From Candidatus Latescibacterota bacterium (GTDB taxonomy: Bacteria > Latescibacterota > UBA2968 > UBA8231), in the NCBI GenBank assembly GCA_965243025.1, contig CBDETY010000003.1:704001-768000 (forward strand): DNA of 64,000 bases. The letters are read 5' to 3'. Below, piece by piece: positions 1 to 9,211 of the stretch (within the stretch, counting starts at the first letter, position 1; each line of letters opens with the position of its first letter). Made by a program: the position numbers and the translations under genes. Under the pieces are notes generated by a model. The model was not told where the DNA came from, made no database searches, and worked only from the letters and a program-made list of their open reading frames with translations.

Positions 1-217
1 CCACCCCCTCCTCGCTCACCTGCCCGGCGCTCGACCACGCGGCTCCGTCGTCCGACACGAGCACCCGCAGGGTTCCGATGCTGGCGCCGTGGTCGTCGGC
101 CTCGCGGAACGTGCACCACCAGCGGCCGCGGTGGCGCAGCAGGTCGGTGAAGGCGTTGTGCGGCGCAAGGTCCCAGATCTTTTCGACGCTGAGTATGCGC
201 GGGGTCTCCGTGGCCAT
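1..217 (-). CDS. Exo-alpha-sialidase/BNR-repeat family protein, 5' part (runs off the window)
   Basis: Manual translation from ATG 217 gives MATETPRILSVEKIWDLAPHNAFTDLLRHRGRWWCTFRE..LRVLVSDDGAAW. The KIWDxAPHNAFTDL start and SxDxGxxW Asp-box are typical of this family. Not in the ORF track. Confidence 0.75.
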   Translation of the reverse strand, partial: MATETPRILSVEKIWDLAPHNAFTDLLRHRGRWWCTFREADDHGASIGTLRVLVSDDGAAWSSAGQVSEEGV

Positions 218-299
218 GGCGGCATAAGCTAAGCCGGGTCCTGCCTGATCGCACCCTGCCGGATCCCGGCAGGGAGGTCCCAACTCGAGGAAGGACGAG

Positions 300-1316
300 A
301 TGAACAGCTATCGCTTCGTGCCCGCGCGGGACCGGCCCGTTCTCAGCCTCGCCCCGCTGTGCACCCGCATGGTGGCGGCCTACCGGGACCGCGCCGGCAC
401 CGTCCACCTGTTCACCGACGCCTACGACCCGCGCAGGGAGACGGCTTTCGACGACCCCCTCGATTCCTGGGAAGCGGAGCCTCGCTACCTCACCACCACC
501 GATTTCGACAGCTGGCAGGATCACGGCTTCGCCCTCACACGGGGGCGCTGGCGCGGCGGCGTCGCGCGCTCCGACGGTGACTGCGTCGGGGCCGCCAGCC
601 CCGGGGTGGCGGTGGCCGGGGGCAGGGTGCTGCTGTTCTACGCCGGCAAGGGGCCGGCGAACCCGGCCGGGCCGTTCGCGCGCACCACCAACCGGGAGGA
701 CCTGCCCGGCCTCATCCATCTGGCCGTGGCGCCGGCGGACGAAAACGGGGCTCCTGCGGGGCCGTTCGAGAAGAGGGGGCCGGTTACCGACTACGACGCC
801 GGCTGGCGCTCGATCCGGCACGACGACCCCAACGCGGTGGTGACCGGGGAGGAGGTGCTGCTGTTCTTCAAGGGAATAGGCTCGGGCCAGACCCACGCCA
901 ACCGCGTCTTCGGCGTCGCCCGTGCGCCGGTCGACCGGCCGGAGGGCCCATACCGCATCCACCCCGAACCGGTACTGCGCACCGACCGCGGGGTGGAGTC
1001 GCCCCGGGTGTTTTGCGCCGGAGGCCGGTGGCAGATGTTCGCGCTGCAGTACAGCCTTCCCGGGGACGACAGGCCGCGCCGCTACGGGCACTTCCGCGGG
1101 CAGGACCCGCTGCGCTGGGAACTGGTGAACGACGAGGTGCTGGCGACGACGAGCGACCGGCCCCAGCACGGGGCCGCGGACATGTGTCCGCTGTGGACGC
1201 CGTTCGAGCCGGGGCCCCCGAAGCTCGCCTTCAGCAACCGCCTGGACGACGGCGCCTGGGGGGACCCCGGGGTGTTCAAGCAGTGGCTGTGGGAGATCGT
1301 GGAGGTGCCGGAGTAG
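300..1316 (+). CDS. Putative five-bladed beta-propeller glycoside hydrolase (GH43/GH32/GH117-like)
   Basis: 338 aa ORF with RBS. Propeller-type motifs: ASPGV..LLFY, DDPNAV..LLFFKG, ESPRVF. Confidence 0.6.
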   Translation: MNSYRFVPARDRPVLSLAPLCTRMVAAYRDRAGTVHLFTDAYDPRRETAFDDPLDSWEAEPRYLTTTDFDSWQDHGFALTRGRWRGGVARSDGDCVGAASPGVAVAGGRVLLFYAGKGPANPAGPFARTTNREDLPGLIHLAVAPADENGAPAGPFEKRGPVTDYDAGWRSIRHDDPNAVVTGEEVLLFFKGIGSGQTHANRVFGVARAPVDRPEGPYRIHPEPVLRTDRGVESPRVFCAGGRWQMFALQYSLPGDDRPRRYGHFRGQDPLRWELVNDEVLATTSDRPQHGAADMCPLWTPFEPGPPKLAFSNRLDDGAWGDPGVFKQWLWEIVEVPE

Positions 1317-1414
1317 AAGTGCCCGGGGGCGCAGGAAAGGAGCGAACGAGGGCGCCGTTTACCGGGGTCGCAGTCCGGCCGTGTTTGAAGCCCGTTTTTA
1401 CTGGGGAATCGAAA

Positions 1415-1487
1415 TGTCGAAATAATGTCAAATAAAAAGTAGACAAAAAATTGACAAAACATATTCATGCGATATATTGGTTAGACA
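1415..1487 (+). promoter_or_regulatory. Sigma70 promoter with overlapping CarH/LitR-type operator repeats
   Basis: -35 TTGACA at 1451-1456, 16-bp spacer, -10 TATATT at 1473-1478. TnnACA hexamers 11 bp apart at 1440 and 1451 on +, and at 1415 and 1426 on -. Another TAGACA at 1482. Confidence 0.7.
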
Positions 1488-1541
1488 ATTGGTGGCCAGA
1501 GAGGCCTCCTTTCACCATTTCCTTCCAATAGGAGGAATCGC

Positions 1542-2081
1542 ATGAATACCTTCCGAATTGCCTCGCTCCTGGCGCTGGCTCTTTCGTTCAGGGCCGGCCC
1601 GGCCGATGCCCAGAACGACGAGGATATCGTCGGGGTTGCCGTAGAGGCGGGCATTTTCACCACGCTGGTCGCCGCAGTTCAGGCCGCCGAGCTGGTCGAG
1701 GTGCTCCAGGGTGAAGGGCCCTTCACCGTCTTCGCCCCCACCGACGATGCCTTCGCCGCACTGCCGGAGGGCACCGTCGAGTCCTTGCTGCAGCCGGAGA
1801 ACAAGGAACTGCTGATCTCCATCCTGCTTTATCACGTCGTCCCCGGTTCGGTTCTGGCCGCCGACGTGTCGGAGCTGGATTCGGCCACCACCGTCAATGG
1901 CGCTTCGATCAGTATCAGCGTCAGCGACAGCGGCGTGATTATCAACAATGCCAATGTCCTCCAGACCGATGTCGCCGCCAGCAACGGCGTCATCCACATC
2001 ATCGACGCGGTGCTTCTGCCTCCGCCCGGTACCGCCGTCGAGAGCAGTACCTGGGGCACGGTCAAGCAGCAGGCTCGCTGA
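1542..2081 (+). CDS. Secreted fasciclin (FAS1) domain protein with C-terminal AVE..TWG.VK motif
   Basis: Signal peptide. FAS1 motifs [19 protein letters not shown] and [20 protein letters not shown] at 1530-1535. Confidence 0.92.
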   Translation: MNTFRIASLLALALSFRAGPADAQNDEDIVGVAVEAGIFTTLVAAVQAAELVEVLQGEGPFTVFAPTDDAFAALPEGTVESLLQPENKELLISILLYHVVPGSVLAADVSELDSATTVNGASISISVSDSGVIINNANVLQTDVAASNGVIHIIDAVLLPPPGTAVESSTWGTVKQQAR

Positions 2082-2198
2082 GCAGGCACACTTCGACCAG
2101 ACGGGCCGCGACGGTATCCTGTTTCCGTTGCGGCCCTTTTTACGTCCGGCTTGCGGGGGGCCAACTGCCAGCACGGAAACCGGGTATATTCCTCACGC

Positions 2199-3164
2199 AT
2201 GGAAGAAATGCAGGGACACCCCATCAAGGTTGTCGTGCGACGGACCGGGCTTTCCGCCCACGTCATCCGCGTCTGGGAAAGGCGTTATGCAGCCGTGGAG
2301 CCGGCCCGGACCGAGACCAACAGACGGCTCTATTCCGACGACGACATCGCGCGCCTGATCTGCCTGCAGCAGGCGATTCAGGCCGGTCACAGCATTGGCC
2401 GGATCGCCCGGCTGCCCGCGGACGAGCTGGAGAAGCTGGTCCGCGCCGAGCACGCGGCTTCCCCGTTGACTCCAGGCCGGTCCGATGGAGAGGATGAGGA
2501 AGAAGGCAGCGACGGCCGCGGCGAATTCCTCGAACGAGCCATGGCCGCGGTAAAAGCGCTGGACGCGGTCTCGCTGGAAGAGCAGTTGGTCCGCGCCTCG
2601 GTTGCCTTGAGCCAGCGGGCTCTTATCGAAGAGGTGGTCCAGCCGCTGATGGAGGGCATCGGCAGGATGTGGCGGGAGGGCGATTTGCGGGTGGCCGACG
2701 AACATATGGCCACCGCGGTGGTGCGCAGCTTCGTCGGCAACATGCGGGCCGCTTTCCAGGTGTCGGAAGCCGCACCCCGTATTGTCGCGACCACGCCGGC
2801 GGGGCAGCTGCACGAGCTGGGGGCCCTGCTCGCTTCGATCGTGGCGACGTCGGAGGGCTGGAACTCGACTTTCCTCGGATCCAACCTGCCGGCCGAAGAG
2901 ATCGCCGGGGCCGCGGCGCAAACGGGTGCCAGGGCGGTCCTCCTCAGCATCGTCTATCCGGGCGACGACCCCCACCTTGGCGGGGAACTCGAAAAGCTGC
3001 GGCGTCTGCTTGGCGGCGAGGTTGCCTTGTTGGCCGGCGGCCGGGCGGCCGCGCAGTACGGGCCATTTCTCGATCGGGCCGGGGCCGTCACCCTGGCCAC
3101 CCTGGAGGAGCTGCGCGGCACCTTGAGTCGGCTTCGCCGGCAGCCCCTGCCGGTCGATGGGTAA
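2199..3164 (+). CDS. carH: MerR-family, cobalamin-binding transcriptional regulator (CarH/LitR-like photoreceptor)
   Basis: N-terminal MerR HTH (IRVWERRY..P.RT..NRRLYS). W-x9-EH motif (WREGDLRVADEH). B12 His motif GQLHELG and a Rossmann B12-binding domain. Start moved to ATG 2199. Confidence 0.8.
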   Translation: MEEMQGHPIKVVVRRTGLSAHVIRVWERRYAAVEPARTETNRRLYSDDDIARLICLQQAIQAGHSIGRIARLPADELEKLVRAEHAASPLTPGRSDGEDEEEGSDGRGEFLERAMAAVKALDAVSLEEQLVRASVALSQRALIEEVVQPLMEGIGRMWREGDLRVADEHMATAVVRSFVGNMRAAFQVSEAAPRIVATTPAGQLHELGALLASIVATSEGWNSTFLGSNLPAEEIAGAAAQTGARAVLLSIVYPGDDPHLGGELEKLRRLLGGEVALLAGGRAAAQYGPFLDRAGAVTLATLEELRGTLSRLRRQPLPVDG

Positions 3165-3231
3165 GAGCCCCGCCCGAAAAGAGGTGCGCAGGGACAGCCC
3201 GTTGCGGTCCCCCCGGCCCCATGTTCAGGGC

Positions 3232-4275
3232 TTAAGGTGTCCGCACCGCATACCGTTGCACCGCGTCCTCGTCCAGCTCGACCCCCAGTCCCGGCTTGTC
3301 AGGGACCACCGCATACCCATCCCTGACCAAAGGCTCGGCGAGCAGGCTGTGCTCGTGGACGAAGTTGCCGCACAAGTCGCTGGCCAGGGTGCAGTTCGGA
3401 GCGGCGGCGGAAGCGTGGAGACGGAACGCGTCGAAGATTCCCAGGTCGACGTTGGAGGCCTGCCACACGGGGATGCCGGCGGCCTCGGCGATTCGCGCCA
3501 TGTCGAGGAAACCCCAGTCCGAGGGCGCGACATTGATCCCGTCCACGGCCTCCCGGTACACCATCTCGATAACCTGGCGGGGGTTCTGCAGATGGGGCGC
3601 GATCAGTATCGATGTCTCTTCCTTGAGCCGCCGGTAGTCCTCCACGTCGTCCTTGGGGATCGGGTCTTCAAAGACGACATCGTACGCCTCAATCTCGCGC
3701 GCGAGCGCCAGGGCCTGGTCGACGGTGTGGAACCGGTGACCGGGGTCGAGGACGATACGCAGCGAGGGCGCGGCCTGGTGAATGGCGTGCACCCGGTCGG
3801 CCACGTTCCCGTCGTCGAGGGTGCACTTCACCTTGATGCCGTGGAAGCCCAGTTCCGCCGCTTTCCTGGCAGCCGCCGCTGACGCTTCCGGGCCCATGCG
3901 GGCGATCCAGTAGTCGACGAGCACCCGGCCCTGGGTCTTGCCGCCGAAGATGCGGTACAGGGGCCAGCCGATCCCCTTGCCGATCAGGTCCAGCAGGGCG
4001 ATGTCGTACCCGCTTCCACCCAGGCTGCGCGGCTCGAAGTCGAGCGGGTTTCGGCCGATCAGGTCCGGGACCGGATCCTCGCGGTCGCCGAAACAGGGTC
4101 CGCTCATGCCGAGCCCGGTGATCCCCTCGTCCGTGTGAATGCGGAGCAGGTCCTGCCTTCTTTCCCCGAGGGGAGCGGGATAGGATTCGGTGAATTCCTC
4201 GTACTCGGGGGGAGGCAGGATCCCGGGAAGAAAGGGGACGCACACCACCGTCCGTTCCAGATGCGTGATTTTCAT
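3232..4275 (-). CDS. Mandelate racemase/muconate lactonizing enzyme family (enolase superfamily)
   Basis: MKITHLE start, DIALLDLIGK..PLY.IFGG, KxK motif, FEDP, and C-terminal VPDKPGLGVELD. Confidence 0.88.
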   Translation of the reverse strand: MKITHLERTVVCVPFLPGILPPPEYEEFTESYPAPLGERRQDLLRIHTDEGITGLGMSGPCFGDREDPVPDLIGRNPLDFEPRSLGGSGYDIALLDLIGKGIGWPLYRIFGGKTQGRVLVDYWIARMGPEASAAAARKAAELGFHGIKVKCTLDDGNVADRVHAIHQAAPSLRIVLDPGHRFHTVDQALALAREIEAYDVVFEDPIPKDDVEDYRRLKEETSILIAPHLQNPRQVIEMVYREAVDGINVAPSDWGFLDMARIAEAAGIPVWQASNVDLGIFDAFRLHASAAAPNCTLASDLCGNFVHEHSLLAEPLVRDGYAVVPDKPGLGVELDEDAVQRYAVRTP

Positions 4276-4339
4276 TGAAACAATCTCCTCCCCAACCGGA
4301 CCAACTCTGCGTTGTGCCGGGAAGCGGCCCGGGCCCCGG

Positions 4340-4711
4340 CTACTCCTCCAATTTGCCGCCAAACCCGATCCGCCCTTTGGCGCCGGGGGAATACAGCACG
4401 TGCACGTTTTCCCGGGGCCTGCCGAGGATCCGGGCGACGGCTTCGGCGATGCCGGCCATCTCCCGGCGCAGCTCGGCCGCATCGGGCAATTCGTAGCGCA
4501 ACACGCTGACGAAGGTTGGACGCACGCTCCCGTCGATCGGGGTCCTGTTTTCGGCGTAGCCGCGCCGGTCGATCGAGCGCAGCCTTATCCACGTGTCTCC
4601 CGGCCCGCTGCCGAACAGGTCCCCCAGCTCGTCGGCGAGAGACTGGAGCAGCTCCTTGCCGGCCATGGTTTCCGAGGGGTTCGTCACGACCTCGATGTCA
4701 ACGATGGGCAT
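4340..4711 (-). CDS. Tautomerase family protein (4-OT/MIF-like)
   Basis: N-terminal catalytic Pro (MPIVDIEV) and a duplicated beta-alpha-beta layout, 123 aa. Confidence 0.75.
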   Translation of the reverse strand: MPIVDIEVVTNPSETMAGKELLQSLADELGDLFGSGPGDTWIRLRSIDRRGYAENRTPIDGSVRPTFVSVLRYELPDAAELRREMAGIAEAVARILGRPRENVHVLYSPGAKGRIGFGGKLEE

Positions 4712-4725
4712 TTATTCGGCTCGAT

Positions 4726-5334
4726 TCAGCGCTTCGGACCAGTGATTCGGCTGCTGCCGGAATCATCATGTTTTCCCGTCTTCAGCCGCTCATACTCCGC
4801 CCGCGAAATCTCGAAATCCAGCGCTTTCCCCCGGTCCACTTCTCTCGCGACGGTCAGGCCGAGGGACCGCCACAGGGCCACTGAACGCGCATTGTCGGCA
4901 GACACATCCATCGGGCAGAGCCGGTCGATTCCCAATTCTTCGAAGGCGCAGGCCATCAGGCACTGCGCCGCCTCCTTCCCGTAACCCCTTCCCCACAGGG
5001 ACTTGTCCCAGATTCCGATGGGCAGGCGCATCACCTTCTCACCCGGAATTTCCCCACGATCCTGATTCATCCACTGAAGACAGACTTCGCCGATGGTGCG
5101 GCCGCTCGCTTTCTCGACAATGGCAAACAGGAACCCCTGTTCCGCCATGGCCCTGCCCGCGCGTCTGAGAAAACCGGCTGTGGCGGGTTCGTCCGGAGGC
5201 GCCCCTTCCATCGCATTCAGGAAGTCGGGATCCCGATAGAACGGGACGGCCAGATCGAAGTCCCCATCCTCGAATGGCCGCAGTCTCAGGCGCGCCGTTT
5301 CCAGGTGAAGGTCGTGACCGGCGAAGTTGGCCAT
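4726..5334 (-). CDS. GNAT family N-acetyltransferase (RimJ/RimL-like)
   Basis: LETARLRLRPF start, WGRGYGKEA acetyl-CoA motif and N.RS..L. This is the 3' part of ORF 4726..6831. Confidence 0.85.
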   Translation of the reverse strand: MANFAGHDLHLETARLRLRPFEDGDFDLAVPFYRDPDFLNAMEGAPPDEPATAGFLRRAGRAMAEQGFLFAIVEKASGRTIGEVCLQWMNQDRGEIPGEKVMRLPIGIWDKSLWGRGYGKEAAQCLMACAFEELGIDRLCPMDVSADNARSVALWRSLGLTVAREVDRGKALDFEISRAEYERLKTGKHDDSGSSRITGPKR

Positions 5335-5363
5335 TTTCCCGAGGCCGGTTCCGGCAGGCGCCT

Positions 5364-6965
5364 TCAGAAGGTGAGGTCGATCTCGAGGCCGATCAGGGAA
5401 ACGTAATTTTCGGGGGCCCGGGTCTCCGAGATCAGGCGGACCTCGATCTCGTTCTCTCCCTGCCGCAGCGGCGGCGCGGCGGCCTCGTACCAGGCGCTCG
5501 ATCCCTCCACGTGCTGCTCCACCGGCTCGGCCGGGTAGCGGAGCCAGAACAGCGACGCCGCGGTCAGCTCCTCCCAGCCGTCGAAGGAGACCTCGGCCCC
5601 GCTCCAGTCCAGCTCCATGCCGTTGAGGCGGACGGACAAGGAATCGCCCTCCTCGAGGGAGTCGAACCGCAAAGTCAGCCGGCAGGGGCCGAGCTCCCCG
5701 GCCCCCCGGGCCGCCTCGAGATCGTCGGCGATCGCCAGGCGCAGGACCGGTCCCTCGCCGTTGTAGTTCGGCTGCAGCCGCACCGGCAGCTGCGTCTGCG
5801 ACTGCGCCAGGGCGAAGGCGCTGCCGTGCCCGGCCGAGCCGTACGCCGAACCGGTGGTCTCGAGCTCGTAGCGCTTGTCGAGGCGCCGGAGCTTCTCGAG
5901 GTCGGTCAGCTCGGAGGCGATGCGTCGGTTCCACCCGGGTGAGCGGGTGAAGAAGTTGTAGAGGTAGACGCCGTGTGCGCCCTCGTTGAGCCAGCGGCAG
6001 GCCAGGGCGCGCAGCTTGCGGTCGTCGCTGTCCCGGGTCGCCTCGATACAGCCGTAAACGAGGGCGCCGGTGCCGGCCGCCGCGGCGACGAACTCCTCGA
6101 CCGGGGTCTCGAAGGAGATGAAGCCGCCCCCGACGACGACGATGTCGACGAGGCCCTCCTCGAGCCAGCGGCCGGCGTCGAGGCCGACCCGGTTGCAGTC
6201 GGCGATCGTCGGCGGCACGCGGACCCCGAGCAGCAGCCGGCGCCCGCGATCGGCCGAGACCGCCCGCATGCGGGCGCGCACCTCGCGCAGGAGGCCGGTC
6301 ATGAAGTGGCGGTTGGCGTACCCCTCCTCGACTCGGAAGAAGGCGGGGTGGCGCATGAAGTCGAGCTCGACGCCGTCGACGTCGAAGCGCTCGAAGCACT
6401 CGCGGATGATGCCGGTGACGAAGGCGCGGTTTCCCGGGTGGGCGTAGTCGAGGCCGGTGCCGATGCCGTTCTCGATGGTGCCCTCGGCGAACTCCTCCCC
6501 GGGGCGGGCGATCAGGCGGTCGGGATGGTGCCGGCGGTAGTTGCCGTACCCCGGGTGGCGGGGGTCGATGACGTAGTGGCTGTTCATGCGCACGCGCGGA
6601 AAGAAGGGGATGCCCTGTTCCCGGCAGAGGCGCAGGAGGGCGGTAAGCGGCCCGCCGCACTCCTCGATCAGGGAGCGCACGTTGGCGGCGATCTTCGGGT
6701 AGGAGTCGTCCGCGCCGGCCGAGTGCACGAAGGAGTACAGCTCGTCGAGCCCTTCGAGCGGCTGTTCGGCTCCGAAGATTTCGCCGTTTTCCGTTTCGAA
6801 ATGGTAGACCTCGTGGTCGCCGGTCGACCACCAGAAGGCGCCGCCGGTGCCGGCGTACGCCCCGGCCACCTTGTCGCGCAGGTCGGCCTCGGAGACCGGC
6901 GGGTCCGAGTTGAAGATCCAGGCGTCGTCGGTGAAGATGATGCGCGGGAACTCCGGTTTTTCCAT
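5364..6965 (-). CDS. Putative glycoside hydrolase-like TIM-barrel protein (GHL10-like)
   Basis: Real start MEKPEFPRIIFTDD. Motifs RMNSH, LDYAHP, DVDGVELDFMRHP, GVYLYNFF. Confidence 0.65.
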   Translation of the reverse strand: MEKPEFPRIIFTDDAWIFNSDPPVSEADLRDKVAGAYAGTGGAFWWSTGDHEVYHFETENGEIFGAEQPLEGLDELYSFVHSAGADDSYPKIAANVRSLIEECGGPLTALLRLCREQGIPFFPRVRMNSHYVIDPRHPGYGNYRRHHPDRLIARPGEEFAEGTIENGIGTGLDYAHPGNRAFVTGIIRECFERFDVDGVELDFMRHPAFFRVEEGYANRHFMTGLLREVRARMRAVSADRGRRLLLGVRVPPTIADCNRVGLDAGRWLEEGLVDIVVVGGGFISFETPVEEFVAAAAGTGALVYGCIEATRDSDDRKLRALACRWLNEGAHGVYLYNFFTRSPGWNRRIASELTDLEKLRRLDKRYELETTGSAYGSAGHGSAFALAQSQTQLPVRLQPNYNGEGPVLRLAIADDLEAARGAGELGPCRLTLRFDSLEEGDSLSVRLNGMELDWSGAEVSFDGWEELTAASLFWLRYPAEPVEQHVEGSSAWYEAAAPPLRQGENEIEVRLISETRAPENYVSLIGLEIDLTF

Positions 6966-6973
6966 CGCTGGGC

Positions 6974-7879
6974 CTAGGCCGGCGGGAAGAGGCTGTCGAT
7001 GCGGGCGCGGACCTCGTCGAGCAGCCCCGGGTCCGGCGGCGGCTGCGGCGGTCCCGGGAGGTGGTTGGGGTAGAAACCGAGCAGGTGAATGGCGGATTTC
7101 ATCACCCCGAGCCAGTTCCTGCTCACCGCCCAGTTGAGGAACGGCTCCTCGTACCTGAACACGATCTCCCAGGCCCCGTCGTCGTCGCCGGCGGCCAGGC
7201 GCTGGTAGAACTGCAGGGCCACCGCCGGCCGGAAGGGGGCGATCGGGCAGAGGTAGGCGGGGGAGCCGAACTTGTACCCGAAGGCGAAGTTGCGCATCTG
7301 GCCGCCGCTGATGACGCCGAACTGGTTGCCGGCGGAGCCGCGGGTGTAGTCGTAGTAGCCTGCGAACATGTCGGCGTCGTTCTTCATGCCGATGATGCCC
7401 GGGCGCCGCGACAGCTCGACCGCGGTCTCGACCGGAAGCATCGGCTGGGAGATCGTCCACAGCAGCAGCGGCATGTCGTTGACCCCCTCGATCTGGTCGA
7501 AGTACCGGGGCAGGGCCGCGGCGGTCTGGTTGTACCCGTCGACCTGCACCTTGACGGCGTCGGCGCCGGCGGCGTCGGCGTGGGCGAGGAACTTCCGGGT
7601 TTCGGAGGGCTTCCAGTACTTGGTCGAGGCGATGAACAGGGAGCGGCCGTCGTTGGCGGCCGCGACGACCTCGGTCAGGCGGTACACCTCCTTGTCGCTG
7701 AGGGCGGCGAACTCGCTGCTGCCGTAGGTCAGCAGCAGGATCGGGACCTGCTGTTCGGCAAGCCAGGAGACGTAGGCTGAGACGGCCCCGTAGTCGACGG
7801 TTCCGTCCTCGTTGAAGCAGATGTTGAGCGGCACTACCGGGCCCTTCATGCGGTCGTACGCTGCGCTGGCTCGGCTCAT
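6974..7879 (-). CDS. Dihydrodipicolinate synthase (DapA/NanA) family lyase
   Basis: FNEDGTVDY, Schiff-base Lys in GMKND, divergent GSSE motif. Confidence 0.8.
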   Translation of the reverse strand: MSRASAAYDRMKGPVVPLNICFNEDGTVDYGAVSAYVSWLAEQQVPILLLTYGSSEFAALSDKEVYRLTEVVAAANDGRSLFIASTKYWKPSETRKFLAHADAAGADAVKVQVDGYNQTAAALPRYFDQIEGVNDMPLLLWTISQPMLPVETAVELSRRPGIIGMKNDADMFAGYYDYTRGSAGNQFGVISGGQMRNFAFGYKFGSPAYLCPIAPFRPAVALQFYQRLAAGDDDGAWEIVFRYEEPFLNWAVSRNWLGVMKSAIHLLGFYPNHLPGPPQPPPDPGLLDEVRARIDSLFPPA

Positions 7880-8056
7880 TCGGTGTTCTCGATTCCTCGG
7901 GGTGTCAGGGGTAGTTCGCGCCGCGGGCTGAAGCGGGGCAGGGCTTTGCGTTGCCCCGTGGGAGCGGCGATGTTATGCCGCCGGCCCCGCGCACCTCGCG
8001 CGCAAATGGATCAGGAGCGGGCAGAAGGTATCCCTGCCCGGGAGGGGAAACAAGGC

Positions 8057-9208
8057 GTGAAGCTCACCCGCACAGACCGCAGGATCGAAGCCGAGCACGG
8101 CGCCATCGCCAGCTTTCCCGACGACTTTTTCGGCTACTTCGGCTGGCCGACGGTCGCGCGCATGCCGGACGGAACCCTCGTCGCGGCCGCCTCGGGATTC
8201 CGCAACGAACACGTCTGCCCGTTCGGGCGCAGCGTCTTCTTCACCAGCGCCGACCAGGGCCGCACCTGGTCGAATCCCCGCGTCGTCAACGACTCGCCCC
8301 TCGACGACCGCGACACCGGGATCGTGAGCTGCGGCGGCCGGCGCCTGCTGCTGACCTGGTTCACCACCGACAACCGCAGGCAGCTCGAGCGCCGCTCCGC
8401 GGAACTCGGGGAGGAGCGGCGGCGGCTGTGGGAGCAGGGGCTGGTGCGGGCCGGGGCCCCGGATGCAGGCCAGTGGATCGGGGCCTGGTGCCGGACGAGC
8501 GAGGACGGCGGGGACACCTGGTCTGCCGCGATCCGGGTGCCGCAGACCACCCCGCACGGGCCGATCCTGCTCGCCGGCGGAGAGCTCCTGTTTTTCGGCA
8601 AGCTGTTCGAGGTGGACATGGCCGGCTTCTCCGCCGGCATCGGCGCCATCGCCGCGATGAGGAGCAGGGACTTCGGCCGCACCTGGGAGCCGCTGGGCAC
8701 GGTCCCCCTGTTCCCGGGGACCGAGGAGGGGAACTACCACGAGCCCCACGTCGCCGAGCTGCCCGGCGGCAAGCTGGTGGGGCTGATTCGCCTCGAGCCG
8801 GCCAGGGAAGGGGTCGACCCCGCCGACCTCGGGCTGGAGCAGTTCATGCAGATGTACACCGAATCGAACGACGGCGGCCTCACCTGGACGCGGGCGGAAC
8901 CGATGAACTTCCACGGCAGCCCCCCGCACCTGCTCGCCCACTCGAGCGGGGCCCTGGTGGGGACCTACGGGCGCCGGCGCGAGCCGTACGGCGAGCGCGC
9001 CATGATCAGCCGGGACCGTGGGGAGAGCTGGGAGTACGACTGCATCCTGCGCGACGACGGACCGGACCGCGACCTCGGGTACCCGTCGAGCGTCGAGCTG
9101 GAGGACGGCAGCATACTGACCGCCTATTACCAGAAACCCCGGTCGGCCGGGGACAAGTGCGCGTTTCTCTGGAGCAGGTGGAGCCTGCCCGACAAGGAAG
9201 GAGCCTGA
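8057..9208 (+). CDS. Exo-alpha-sialidase (BNR/Asp-box repeat) family protein
   Basis: Five Asp boxes (SADQGRTW, SEDGGDTW, SRDFGRTW, SNDGGLTW, SRDRGESW) and DLGYPS. GTG start at 8057 after GGAGG. Confidence 0.85.
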   Translation: MKLTRTDRRIEAEHGAIASFPDDFFGYFGWPTVARMPDGTLVAAASGFRNEHVCPFGRSVFFTSADQGRTWSNPRVVNDSPLDDRDTGIVSCGGRRLLLTWFTTDNRRQLERRSAELGEERRRLWEQGLVRAGAPDAGQWIGAWCRTSEDGGDTWSAAIRVPQTTPHGPILLAGGELLFFGKLFEVDMAGFSAGIGAIAAMRSRDFGRTWEPLGTVPLFPGTEEGNYHEPHVAELPGGKLVGLIRLEPAREGVDPADLGLEQFMQMYTESNDGGLTWTRAEPMNFHGSPPHLLAHSSGALVGTYGRRREPYGERAMISRDRGESWEYDCILRDDGPDRDLGYPSSVELEDGSILTAYYQKPRSAGDKCAFLWSRWSLPDKEGA

Positions 9209-9211
9209 ACC

